Of a stretch of DNA of 64,000 bases, positions 13,763-26,165 are shown one piece after another. Under the pieces are notes generated by a model, which was not told the origin of the DNA, ran no database searches, and saw nothing but the letters and a program-made list of their open reading frames with translations. The position numbers and the translations under genes were made by a program. The stretch's first letter is position 1, and every line of letters starts with the position of its first letter. Location: assembly GCF_000485595.1 (NCBI RefSeq), contig NW_014577071.1, forward strand, positions 324,224 to 388,223, written 5' to 3'. Origin of the DNA: Priapulus caudatus. Taxonomy: Eukaryota.

Positions 13763-14784
13763 GCGCGCGTGTGTAAGTCGATGTAGTTGTAGCATAGTGT
13801 TTAGTTTCAGTTTGAAAGATTTTGAGCTTATTTTTTGCGAATACGTGCATATCTTATAATAGGATTACCTTGAAAGACTACTCTTACTTTGTAAAGCCAT
13901 TTAATATTTATACCGTAAGTCTCGACAGAGCTTGTAAAAGGGCTTGCGCATTTTTTAGACGCCTTTTTCCTTAAAATCGAAACACATAATCGTTCGTACA
14001 TGGCTCTTCATTCTAACGCAATCAGACAGCACTATAGTTTCAAACGGCTACTCGCTGAAAAGCAAACCAGTCAATTCCGAGGTTACTGTTACTATTCTCC
14101 CGTCATCTCATATCCACTATAAACGCTTTCATTAAAAGTTCCTGCTACCTTTTTCGTATGTATAAGACAAACCTATGTCCCCGTATTGTCGGCGCGTGCC
14201 CACCATAAAGTATAAGAGCATATAACGTGTCCGCGCGACACACACACGCGCACCGCCGCTCACAGCGCACGCAGCACACACCACACGACAGCACACCACA
14301 CCACCCACGACACACGAACCACCCACACCACACACACACCCCACACACCACTAACCCATCCACACACACATCACACACCACACACGCACACACACCACAC
14401 ATCACCTTCACACTCAGCACACCACGCCGTAGCCGCGACGCACGCCTCACACACGCACGCACGCACGCACACGCGCACCACGCACGCCATACGCAGACGG
14501 GACCACACACGCACCACGCTTACGCCGCACATAACACCTCACGCACACTCCGCCCACCACTCCGCGCTCCATCCGTTCACGCTACTGCACACCAAACACC
14601 TACCAACTACACACACCAACACACACAAACCAGCACAAAGCACGCACACGCGCACACGCACCACGCACACGCCTCACGCACACGGCACAACACACACATA
14701 TATTACGGACAGAGGCCCGGTGTCTGCTCGTTCACACTGACGTCACAGTATATATATATATATATTTTATACGTATATATATAT

Positions 14785-15145
14785 ATATGGATATAGTGTA
14801 CGGTGGGTTTGTCGGCTGTGTCGGTTTACATACAGGCTTGCTGCATTAAGGGACCGGCAACAGTTTACGATTTGTGCGCTCCATCGGCAGCGACAGGAAG
14901 CTACGCTTTGAATATTTTAATCCATTGGCACAACGTGCGCTGCCACAGAAACAATCGCTGCGCCGCGGGTGCCATTGGTCGTGAACATGAATTCACACAC
15001 GGCGGCCGCGGCCGCGAGAAATCCAGGTTACATTTCCTCTGGTGGCTAGTGGTGGCTCGCAGATAAGCCTGGGCGTGAATGCATTGGCACAGCGCTTGCA
15101 GAGAGAACTGCGCAGGGATTGCCCTTCTCTTTCTCTCTCTCTCTC
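14785..15145 (+). repeat. Noisy copy of ~4400-4750
   Basis: Shared cattaagggaccgg...cggcagcgacaggaag...gagagaactgcgcagggattg, with insertions. Confidence 0.85.
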
Positions 15146-17320
15146 GCTGGTTACCGAACTCAGACGGACAGTGGTGGTGGTGATTCCCCGCTTAAAAAGT
15201 GAAAGTCGATAAATGCCGTATATATATATATATATATATTAGTCATCGGCGGGAGCGCAGAGATCGCTTTGTTTGTTTTGACGACGATCGGAGTTAGGCG
15301 AGATATTCGACTACAACAACGGAGACGGTCGGCCCGTCGGTCGGTGTTTCTCTCGGACGAGTCACCCGTGCTCTTGCGCGCGCGCGCGTGTGCGAACCTT
15401 TCTAAATATTGTGAGCAAACGTGCATGACCGCTCAGGATGTTTGTGCGCTTCGTTCGATGAGCCGTCGCTCGTGCTTTGATTCCTCCGAATATGAAGTAT
15501 GCAAAGCAGTGGCGTCGCGCGCGCACGCTCCACGTATGCGTGAGTGAAGTGAGTGCAGCTGAGTGTGTGGTGAGTGAGTGTCGTTGAGGTGAGTGGGCCA
15601 CGGCTGCCAGAGCGCGGGCGTCCGGCGTCCGTGCGGTGAGTGGACTCGTTGGCTGACGCACCGTGTGTATACGTGGTCGGTATCGGCTATATCACGGGAA
15701 CCGCGGTGTGGTGTGCCTTGTGCGTTTGCGGTGCGCGACGGTCGAGATGGACCGATTGCGCGTTCTGGCTTCGCAGGAAAGGAGGAGAGAGATAGAGATA
15801 GCGACAGAGAGCGAGAGAGAGATAGATAGAAAGAGGGAAAGAGACACAAAGAGAGACAGAGATAGAGAGAGAGGGAAGAGAGGGAGCGAGGAAACGATAC
15901 AGATAAGACAGACAGAAGGAGAGAGACCGAGAAGAGACGAGAGAGACGAGGAGAGAAAATCAAAGATAGACGATAAAGACAGACAGGAGGAAATGAGAGA
16001 GAGAGAGAGGACGAGAGAGTAGATAGTCAGAGAAAGCATCTCCGACCTCGCGTCGGGGGCACCCGCGCGCGTACTCCCGCCGACGAGATGCAGAAAGATA
16101 GAGATAAAGACAGAGAGAAAGAGAGCGCGCGCGCGAGAGAGAGAACGAGATAGGAGTGTGCTAGTGTCTCACGGCACGCGCGCGCACTCGGCGACAGTTC
16201 TGCGAAGACGTACGACACGATCCCCGGGCCAGCAGCTAGCGTGTGCCAGCCCAGAGCGGATGCGCGACAGATAGCGGACGTTGGACATCCTGTCACTCAA
16301 CGTCTGCACTTCCTCTAACACCTGTGTGCTCCCGATCTCTCGCGGTCGCACCGTTTCTCGAGTGCGCGAGCGCGTTCGTTCGTGTGGATATATCGTGTGT
16401 GTGTGTGTGTACGTACGTTCGCTGGACACGCGCGCTTGCCGTGTTTAACACTGGAAGTGGCCGTTTTTCTCGTACGGAACTCGATCGTCGATTTCTAATT
16501 GTCGTCAGCGTGAGCAAACCGCGATTTGTTACGTCACCGATATGACGAGATGCTCGCGTTCTCGTAGTGCTGTATGTCGGGCGTAGTTCTACGCTTGTAT
16601 AGCCGTCTCAAAGTGCAAACAGTGCAAGGAGAGAGTTATACGCGGGTGCGAGCTGCGTGTGATATCCTAACAATTTACCCGTACCTGATACATAGGAGTA
16701 AACCGCAGGACGTCTGTGTGTGTGTGTGTGTGTTATCGCATGGCGCGTGCGACGTCGCAGCAAAATTCGTGCGAGTAGTGTCTGAATGGGTTCCAAGCTC
16801 AAATCTAGAATGATTCTGCTACAAGGTGCTCTCAATAGCAATACCAGAATAAGTAAGTTCGGCAAGAAAACGCTCGTTTGTTATGATTGCGAATATCGTT
16901 GTAGTTTTGTTGTTGTGTGTGTTTTCTGCGTTGTACGACGTCGTAATATGGTCGTGTGCAGCTGAGTGCGCGCGTGTAAGGCACTGCACGCGTGTGCGCT
17001 TTACACGAATGTTGGTAAAACGAGTGCTGCATTTATTCACGACTTCTAGTGGCTTATTGTCAGTGCGCGTGTTGATGCTTACCAAAGAAAAGCTCTTTGT
17101 ACACTATTATTGGATACAGTTTTTTCTCCCGCAATTGGCGTAAAAATGGATTAGCTGTGCAAACAACATGATATGTTTGTGGAATTATTTTGTGCTTACA
17201 CGTGTATTGACTAATTATTAAGGTAATGTTAATATCAATGAGTACATGAATAGATTATTTCTATTCACGTACTTGTGATAATATGCAACCGTCTCAATTT
17301 GTGATTTTATTTTTGTGCAG

Positions 17321-17437
17321 ATACAACGAGTGCGGTTCCACCCCTCACACCTGGAACCAATCAGAAGATGTCACAAGCAATAGCTGTCACCTTTTCTAGC
17401 TTTGAAAAGGAAAGAGAGCGGTGCAACATTCCAAAAG
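17321..17437 (+). CDS. ets1: Ets exon with the MAPK phospho-acceptor PLTP and the start of the PNT region
   Basis: Acceptor ttttgtgcag, donor G|gtacat, phase 1-1. Encodes [39 protein letters not shown], resembling the Ets1 T38 region. Not in the ORF track. Confidence 0.9.
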
Positions 17438-18845
17438 GTACATACATACGATTATATTTTACTTTTATCGATAACTCATTGCTGTCGTTCATAACTGCAA
17501 TCAAGTTACTACTTTAAAATACACTTCCGTTTGGTATTCATGTTCCATTTTTAAGGCCAAAGTAGCCTTTAGTGTATTTGCGTGCAAACATTTGTGTGTA
17601 ATATAATCAGGGAAATTTGATAACACGTAGTCACAAACATAAGTCATATCCGTAGTCATTTCCTCCTGGTATGATGTACGATTTCAAAATCACGTATGGA
17701 TAGACTCTCGAGTTATATTGGTCTATATGTATACTTATAGCGCTGTGAGTGCATATTATATGATTGCGTTTTAATGTAATTGAGTAACATGGTTTGCGTT
17801 TTGATTTCATGCTTAGCTGGTTAATTGTTCGACGGTAAGGCTTAATAATCACTTCTGGTTCACACTTATGTATGTAACAAGAAACTGCCGCATATTTTGC
17901 CTAATTAATTATTGCAATTTGTCTTAGTATAATTTAAACTGGATGATAATTACCTGTGAAAAACATACTCGGTGTTTAAGCTATTGAATTTATATAATTA
18001 TGAAAGACAGTTGAGAGTAGCGGTTCATAGCTGTATTATCCGCGTGTGAACATTACCACCGTAATAATATTTCTTTAGCTAGACTGCATTACTAAATTTC
18101 CATCAGGTTATTGTTAGCTGTTCTTTAGCAATCAAACTAATATGTCGTCGATAGCACTTTGCCTAATCAGTATGCGCGTGCGCATGCTATGGCACAGACG
18201 ATGAGTATTAATGATCGGGGTTGCTTCCAAATGTGTAAATTTGTTCTCGTAATTATTCACAATACGTGCTTTCTGTATGTATGTCAGGAGTAGAAATATG
18301 AAAGGTAATAAGGGATTTTCAAGATAATTTTTAAAGAGAAACGGCAAGATCAGATGATGAGGATTTCTTCTTATTAAGCTTAGTGTGGTGTCGCGTATTG
18401 AAGTGTGGTATGGTGTAGTGTTGTGTGATGTGGTGTGGTATGTGGTATGATGTGATGTAGTGTAGTCAAGTGCGTTGCAGTGCAGCACAGTGCACCGTAT
18501 AGCATAATATAGGATAGAATGATTAAGTAATATTACTTTTTAAAGCAATAAGAATCTTGTACATTTTTAAGTGCTATATATCTGATTCACATGAATTGTG
18601 CTTACATAAGTTGAATATATAGATGTTATCATAGATGCGACATAATATGATAAAGGTCATGAAATCATGCACGCACGCATGCACCCACGCGCGCACGCAC
18701 GCGCTCACGCACACACACACACACGCACACGCACACGCACGCGCACACACACACACACACANNNNNNNNNNCGCGCTCACGCGCACACACACACACGCAC
18801 ACGCACACGCACGCGCGCACGCACACACACACGCACACGCACACG

Positions 18846-18919
<74 letters not shown>

Positions 18920-21900
18920 TATGAAATAAATAAATTTGGAAGTAAAATTGTTATAATATATATATTATAATAATTGATGTGATTTACACTAAATAGCCTG
19001 CCAGTGAAAGAGCATGTAGGAACGTTTGTAAGAACTGTTTATTCGACGCTATATATGAGTACAGCATTCGTTCAATAGTTTGTAAACACGTAAATGAAGG
19101 GTAAATCTTTGAAGGGCATTGCAGTAAATCAAGTTTTTAGCATTGATGATCGTGATTAGTTGACACCTGTATATATTTACCTAGCAATAATTTTCAGGCA
19201 ATGTTTTTGCTGGTTAAAACAATAATCTAAGTATATAGATAGTACTAGAAGGAAGTCTAAGTAGAAGTAGTAGTAATAAGTATATATAAATATTATAAAA
19301 ATACAAGTAAATCTAAGAGGTAGTAATAGTTTTCTTGAATGAGAACACTAACATCACAGTCAACAGTATCTTAGGTTTAAAAATGTTTTAATTATTCCAC
19401 GTACCTATTTTAATTTTTCAATGTTAATTACTTGATTTTAAAATGTTGGTGTTGTTTATTTATTTTAATGTGTGGCACAATTGCTTGCATTGACTCTGGC
19501 ACTAGTAACCCAAGTTGCACTTTTCATGTTATATTCCAATGCTTTACACAAGACTTTACGAGGAGTTTTTAATAATATCAATTATCAATGTTCGCATTAT
19601 TTTATCGATATCAATATTATATATTTACATCTATATTAATTTCAGTAAGATTTTAAAATATATTTATGCTAAATGAGATTTATTATTATTTATTATTATT
19701 ATTCCTGGTCTCAAATGTTTTCAAATGAAATTCAAATATGTAACCCAGACTTATTATTTCCACCAAATGCAGCACTGACATCACTCATAGCAAATCCTGC
19801 AAGTTTTAAATTCAGGTTTTAATAATATATATCTCACGAATATTAAATATTAAAATGGTCATGTAGCCAAATTTACCCCACTAATTTTACTTAAAATTAT
19901 GCTGAAACCTGAATATTAAACATTAAAATGGTCATGTAGCCCAATTTACCCCACGAATTTTACTTAAAATTATGCTGAAATTTTACTTAAAATTATGCTG
20001 AAACCTGAATATTAAACATTAAAATGGTCATGTAGCCCAATTTACCCCACGAATTTTACTTAAAATTATGCTGAAACCTGAATATTAAACATTAAAATGG
20101 TTATGTAGCCAAATTTACCCCACTAATTTTACTTAAAATTATGCTGAAACCTGATGTGTATGTTATCATTCAATACTAATAACACAAAAAATAACGTGAA
20201 ATGCCGATGCAACCAAATGAAGTGACTAAAATGAATTATGTCTGTGGGACGCTTGCTCATTCCTGCCTTCACTCTGCTTGTTGCTCAGTGCGTATTAAAT
20301 ATATTCGCCTACAAGAAATAATTTATGGATTCTCGTAAACACTTCGCCTGCATTTATTATTGCATGGAATCTACTTCTGAAATATATATTTTTTTTCCTG
20401 CCACCGCAGGCATTCGCGCGCATGAAACCTGCCGGTAACGCGCCATTGTGATTTATCAATGCTCATCGCACGCCGTTTGTGTTCTCGCTCTCACCCTCAT
20501 CCCTTCACACGCACACACAGATCCGCGTGAATGGACAGAGCTGCACGTACAGCAGTGGCTCTGCTGGGCCGTGCGCGAGTTCTCGCTGCAAGAAGTCGTC
20601 GTGTCGAACTTCACGATGCGAGGCATCACGCTCTGCGGCATGGGCAAGGAGGCATTCTTCGCCCGCGCGCCGCCCTACGTCGGGGACATACTGTGGGAGC
20701 ATTTGGAAAGGCTTCAGAGCGGTAAGTAGATGCGTAGAGAGACTGAAGAGAACGTACACTACTGCCCTTCAGTCTGCCATTGGTGATTCATACACGAGCA
20801 CCTATCTACACACGAACAGCCTAGCTCTCATGTTCCTCCACCCGCACACCACTTAGGCATGTTCTACCAGCCACCCATCGTACACTGTCTATTCACGTTA
20901 CCACCTTTACATCACCCATACACGACCTATATATACACTACTCATCCATGTTACTAACCATACGTCACTCATTTATGTTACCTCTCATTCACCACTCCTC
21001 CATGTTACCTCTCATTCACCACTCCTCCATGTTACCTCTCATTCACCACTCATTTCTGTGCCACTACCCATCAGTTGCACAACCATCTATCTACTAATGC
21101 CCACCTATACATTGATTACCGATCTGCATAGACCGCGCATCCACAGATGAACACACNNNNNNNNNNNNNNNNNNNNNNNNNNNTTCACCACTCCTCCATG
21201 TTACCTCTCATTCACCACTCCTCCATGTTACCTCTCATTCACCACTCCTCCATGTTACCTTTCATTCGCCACTCATTTCTGTGTCACTACCCATCAGTTG
21301 CACAACCATCTATCTACTAATGCCCACCTATACATTGATTACCGATCTGCATAGACCGCGCATCCACAGATGAACACACACTCATCCACAGTTAATTACC
21401 TATCCATGCACACCCACCCCATATACTTGCACAATCACCTATTCACACGTGACCACTCATCCACACATGACCACCTGTACACGCGCAGCCGACTATCCAC
21501 GTATGCTCATTTACACATGCGTGACCACCCCGTACCCCACCCAGCCACCGCACACCTCTCCCTCCGCTCACGCACCACCTCTCCTACACTTATCAGCACG
21601 CAGATATACATGCACCACCACCCACCCGCGTCCGACCACCTACACCTGCATGGCCATCCATCCATGCCCGACCACATTCGACCATCCATCCACACACTAC
21701 TACTGAAACACGCGCGCGCTACCTCTAATCAAAGCACTGATCCGTGGGTACTTTTGATGTGCATACATGCGCCCTATATTAGCGCTACACGGCTCGCCTA
21801 CCCTAAGAGGACTAGACTGGGGAGCGAACTCGAGCAAGCATGCTGTAGGGCCGCATCTGTCGTCGCCTGTCCAAACATGTGATCACTTATGCCACTGTCT

Positions 21901-22080
21901 TTGCGCATCTGCTTTTTCTCCAATGTCCACGCGGCAACCTTGACCAACCCGCCTTCAGTTTGCTCCCGCCTACTTTTAGATTCGGAGAAGGATCGGGCTT
22001 CACTCGAAAACGTGCCGTCGAACTTTTACGAGTCTTCCGTGTGCGGACCGGAGTTCAACGAGTTCTTCCAGGAGGGGTAT

Positions 22081-22112
<32 letters not shown>

Positions 22113-25100
22113 ACAGCAGCAGCAACAGCAACAGCAGCAGCAGCAGCAGCAGGAGCACAATAAGATCCACAATATTACGTCTATGCCGAGCCACCAGCCG
22201 TTCGTTCACGAAAGTGAGTAGTCGTCTTCACTAGCTAGTCTTGTCTTGTCACTTGTGTAGCTGACATGTTTGATACAGATTGAAAAGGAATTGAGCTGCA
22301 AGTTAGAAGACAAATGCATTAGTAGAAAAACTAATCTGTTAGGGTTTGATCAGAAAGAACGGATCGTCAATAATCTGTTATTGATTTTCATTTGTCTATG
22401 ATTCTTTGCGATAGATATATATTCCTTTTAGAAGAAATATGCAAGTACGAGACATTATTGTAACATGGACATGGACATTCATCATTTCTACATGAACTCG
22501 CATCCCTGTTTACATTATTGTTGATCAGTATAACTTTGAATGTATTGTGGTGGTGACTATACATACGATTGTGTGTCCTACATGCACGTTTTTTTTGCTT
22601 CTAGGTCACACATATCAGTTATCGGACAGCATGCACACGCTGAACGATATCAATTCGGAGGAGGCGTTGATCATGCCTGGATACGATGACTCCAGCGAGT
22701 ATCACGGTCTGGAGGGTCCGCCGCCGACCAACGGTTACCTGGAGGGAAGTCCGAATGAGTTCTACAGTAGGCACACACCACTGTTGCAACAGGAGCAGAA
22801 ATATAGACCAACCTACCAGCGACATCATCAAAATATGTACAGAGGTGAGAAGGCATAGCATTCCTCCCGAAATGTTTCTGTGTAGTCTGTCACTACTTCT
22901 GCAACTGTCTTTTCAGTGGTAGTAAGACCAGACACTTAATACTAAGTTCAAGGGCGTAGCCAGGAATTTGGATTGGGGGGGGGTCCTCGAGCGAGTAACA
23001 AATTTTTTTTCCGAGTTAAATGTAAAAATAGTGCTTCAAAATCAATTTAGATGCTGTTTTGTTCAATACTATTTCTTCTGCAGCTCTTTTTTTTGAATTT
23101 TTGAATTTTTGAATTTAAAAAAAAATTCTTTTTCGATTTTGATTTTGATTGGGGTGGTCCTAGGGCCCCAGGACCCCCCCCCTGGCTACGCGCTTGACTA
23201 AGTTAGACCGATTGAAATACTACGATGGCTCGGAGTGACTTTCTTCTAACGTTATATCGGTGTGGATTTCTTTTTTCGTAAAATGGACTAATGTTGTGTG
23301 TTGTGTGAACGTGTGAACGTGTGAACGTGATGGGATTTTGTGACCGGTTGCTGACTCAGCATAATCTGTCTAAAAATCTGTCCTGGTTCAGGTGGCGATG
23401 TTTCGAGCATTCTGCAAACGATTGCACTTGACAAATGATAACGATCAAATGACAGTTTTTTTGTTAGCTGTAAATATGCTTGCCAAAAGATAAAAAAGTT
23501 TAAATGTTTTTGCCAAAGTTTAAAATTAGCAATTTTGACGTACTCGTGTATACCAATTTCTGTTTTCGTAGTGAATTTTTGCACGATAAGTTATCCCACG
23601 ATAGAGTGTCTGTATGAGTGAGAAGCTGGAGAAACATACCCAATGACCTACTCATTCAGCAAATAATTTTTAACGAAATTTTGTGTTGCTTCGACCATCT
23701 GCAATCAATGATTGCTGCGGCAAAGCCGTTTTTCAAACCTAGTCTGTTGAGTTGTCTGTCAAAGCTAATCAATCGTCTGTCGAAACTAGTCTGTCTTGTC
23801 CCCTCGTCTCACTCTTTCCTCTCGCTCGGCACATCTCACGACACTCGCACTCAATCTAGCGATCGCACGACCTTCACAACTCAGCGAAAGACAATTTTGT
23901 TAATAATTATAATATTCCTAATAATAATCAACTTATACTTACCTGATAACTAGACTAATTAACTTAATAATAACTTAATAATATTAATTATTAAGTTATT
24001 ATGAATTTATATTAATATTAATTTCGTGATTTGATTCGTTCTGTCAGGGCCCTGCGAAGCGCCGCACATGATGGAACACCAGGGCCGCTTCCAGGGCATC
24101 TACGAGCCGCCATTCCAGACGGTTCCGTCATCGATGAGTGAGGGATGGCCGACGGCGGACGGCATGGTCGGCATGGCGACGCAGCAGACGGGCGGATACG
24201 CACCGCTGCGAGACATGCTGCAGCACGGCGGCGGCAGCGGCGCCGGTGGAGAGTCGAAGCCGGTCATACAGGCGGCAGCCCTCGCCGGATACTCAGGTAG
24301 AGACGGTGGCGATTTCTTGCGTCGTCGTTGCCGCGGCGGCGGAATCGTGAAGGTGATGCTTGCGCTGTCGCCTTGCGCACTTTTTGAATGTTCGTCTCTT
24401 AGGTAGAGACGGTGACGATTTCTTGCGTCGCCGTGGCGGAGGCGAATCGTGAAGGGGCGGTTGCACGGCGCCTTCTTTAAATGTTTCGTGGGCTCTACCC
24501 ATCTATCTTTCTGACTGAATGTTTTGTGGCTCTATCTATCGCGTTCGCAGTTCCGTGCCAAAAAATGTGCCTAAAAAACTATGGGCGTGTGTTATGAATG
24601 TGATAAAATATACTGATATGATATGATGTGACGCGATGAGATGTGACGTGACACGACCCAATATATATCCCGACCCAATGTGATATTATATATATTTTTT
24701 ATATACATATATATTATAGTATTAAGTATCGATCAATTGTAATAGATTTTGCCTAGCTGTGAACATTAGTAAATGGTGTAACGTTACCTAGAGCGAGACA
24801 AGCGACAGAGAGACATTTCGTTTATCTAAACGTCATCGAAAAGTTCATTTAACTAAACGTCGTCGAAACGTTCATTTAACTAAACGTCATCAAAATGTTC
24901 GTTTAACTAAACGTCATCAAAACGTTCGTTTAACTAAACGTCGTCGAAACGTCATCGAAAAGTTTGTTTAACTAAATGTCATCGAAAAGTTTATTTAACT
25001 AAACATCATCGAAACGTTTGTCGAAACGTTCGATCTAATCGTTAATCGTTCGATCTAAACGTCATCGTAACGTAACATCGTGCATCGCGTCGTAGTTACG

Positions 25101-26165
25101 CTCACTGAACTAGCTGAAGGGCAGCTTTTCAATATTTGACGTAGTCGTTGCCTCTCTGATGCCCTCAGGCAGTGGACCAATACAGCTGTGGCAGTTTCTG
25201 CTGGAGCTGCTCACGGATAAGAGCTGCCAGCACTTCATCGCGTGGACGGGCGACGGCTGGGAGTTCAAGTTGTCCGACCCGGACGAGGTGGCACGGCGCT
25301 GGGGAATCCGCAAGAACAAGCCAAAAATGAACTACGAGAAGCTGTCGCGGGGGTTGAGGTACGGCGTAACTCGTGTCTGCTGCTAGATTTTGTCGGTCCT
25401 GTTTCCGTTACTAGACGGTTCGTTGAAGGGCGTTTGGGTCGGTGTGTATTCGCACAAAAAAGGTGCAAATAAAAGCCAAAAATTAGCTACGAGAAGCTGT
25501 TGCGGGGTTGAGGTACGGCGTAACTCGTGTCTGCTGCTAGATTTTGTCGTCTGTTTGTGTCGAGGTGCAAAAACATTTAAAATAAACTCGACCTGGTTTA
25601 TGATTGTACAGGCCCCTGAAAATATATTTTCTATACGTGACATTGATGTAGTCACTACTGATACAGAGGCAGTGGTCGCGTGTTGTTGGATTTTGAGTAG
25701 ATCCGATCGGCATTTTTATAACCTTTGCAAGTTTATTCTCGATGACATGCCCGACAGATGTTTTTTTTTTAAATCCTGCAACTTGCGAGAAGGACTGATA
25801 AAAGTTCACGTGTTTTGCCTCGATCTAAGCGTCGATATCTTGCAGGACGATAACAATTTGTTAGTTGTCTTATCCGATCGGACCGGATGCGGTTTTTTTT
25901 CTGCGCAACGGGCACTGAATAAACCACTGTAGATATTTCAATATCATTCAATATTGTTATATATTATTCAATATATATATATATATAAATCAATTTGTTA
26001 CTCCGATGTTGCAGGTACTATTATGACAAGAACATCATCCACAAGACTGCGGGTAAGCGCTACGTGTACAGATTCGTCTGTGACCTGCAGAGCTTGCTAG
26101 GATTCACGCCAGAGGAGCTGCATCGCCTCGTCGACGTCAAACCAGAGCCGAAGGAAGCCGAGTGA
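17321..26165 (+). CDS. ets1: Ets1/Ets2/pointed(P2)-like ETS transcription factor, spliced CDS, 5' end incomplete
   Basis: Phase-consistent GT-AG exons: 17321-17437, 20521-20721, 21980-22213, 22605-22844, 24048-24296, 25169-25358, 26015-26165 (TGA). Translation contains VPPLTPG, the PNT domain, [28 protein letters not shown] and [27 protein letters not shown], typical of the Ets1/2/pointed subfamily. Confidence 0.95.
19839..20153. repeat. ~73-bp AT-rich minisatellite, about 4 copies
   Basis: Unit aatattaaacattaaaatggtcatgtagcc(c/a)aatttaccccac(g/t)aattttacttaaaattatgctgaaacctg. Confidence 0.9.
20521..20721 (+). CDS. ets1: Ets exon encoding the PNT/SAM domain
   Basis: [23 protein letters not shown]...[12 protein letters not shown]; acceptor cacacag, donor G|gtaagt. 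Confidence 0.93.
20975..21280. repeat. 27-bp minisatellite on both sides of an N-gap
   Basis: Unit catgttacctctcattcaccactcctc; 21184-21377 re-copies the sequence before the gap. Confidence 0.85.
22081..22152 (+). repeat. Coding CAG/CAA repeat (24 Gln) inside an Ets exon
   Basis: 72 nt of CAG/CAA codons in frame within exon 21980-22213. Confidence 0.9.
22949..23196. mobile_element. hAT-like MITE, copy 1
   Basis: TIRs CAAGGGCGTAGCCAGG / CCTGGCTACGCGCTTG; exact 8-bp TSD ACTAAGTT. Confidence 0.88.
24826..25075. repeat. ~25-bp minisatellite
   Basis: Unit tttaactaaacgtcatcgaaacgttc with variants, about 9 copies. Confidence 0.85.
25169..25358 (+). CDS. ets1: Ets exon, N-terminal part of the ETS DNA-binding domain
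   Basis: [63 protein letters not shown]; phase-2 donor AG|gtacgg. Confidence 0.96.
26015..26165 (+). CDS. ets1: Ets last coding exon, C-terminal part of the ETS domain
   Basis: Acceptor gttgcag; [50 protein letters not shown]. Confidence 0.95.

Noticed and set aside
19839..25075. Regular repeats resembling CRISPR arrays
   Set aside because: Head-to-tail minisatellites without unique spacers, inside eukaryotic introns; no cas genes.
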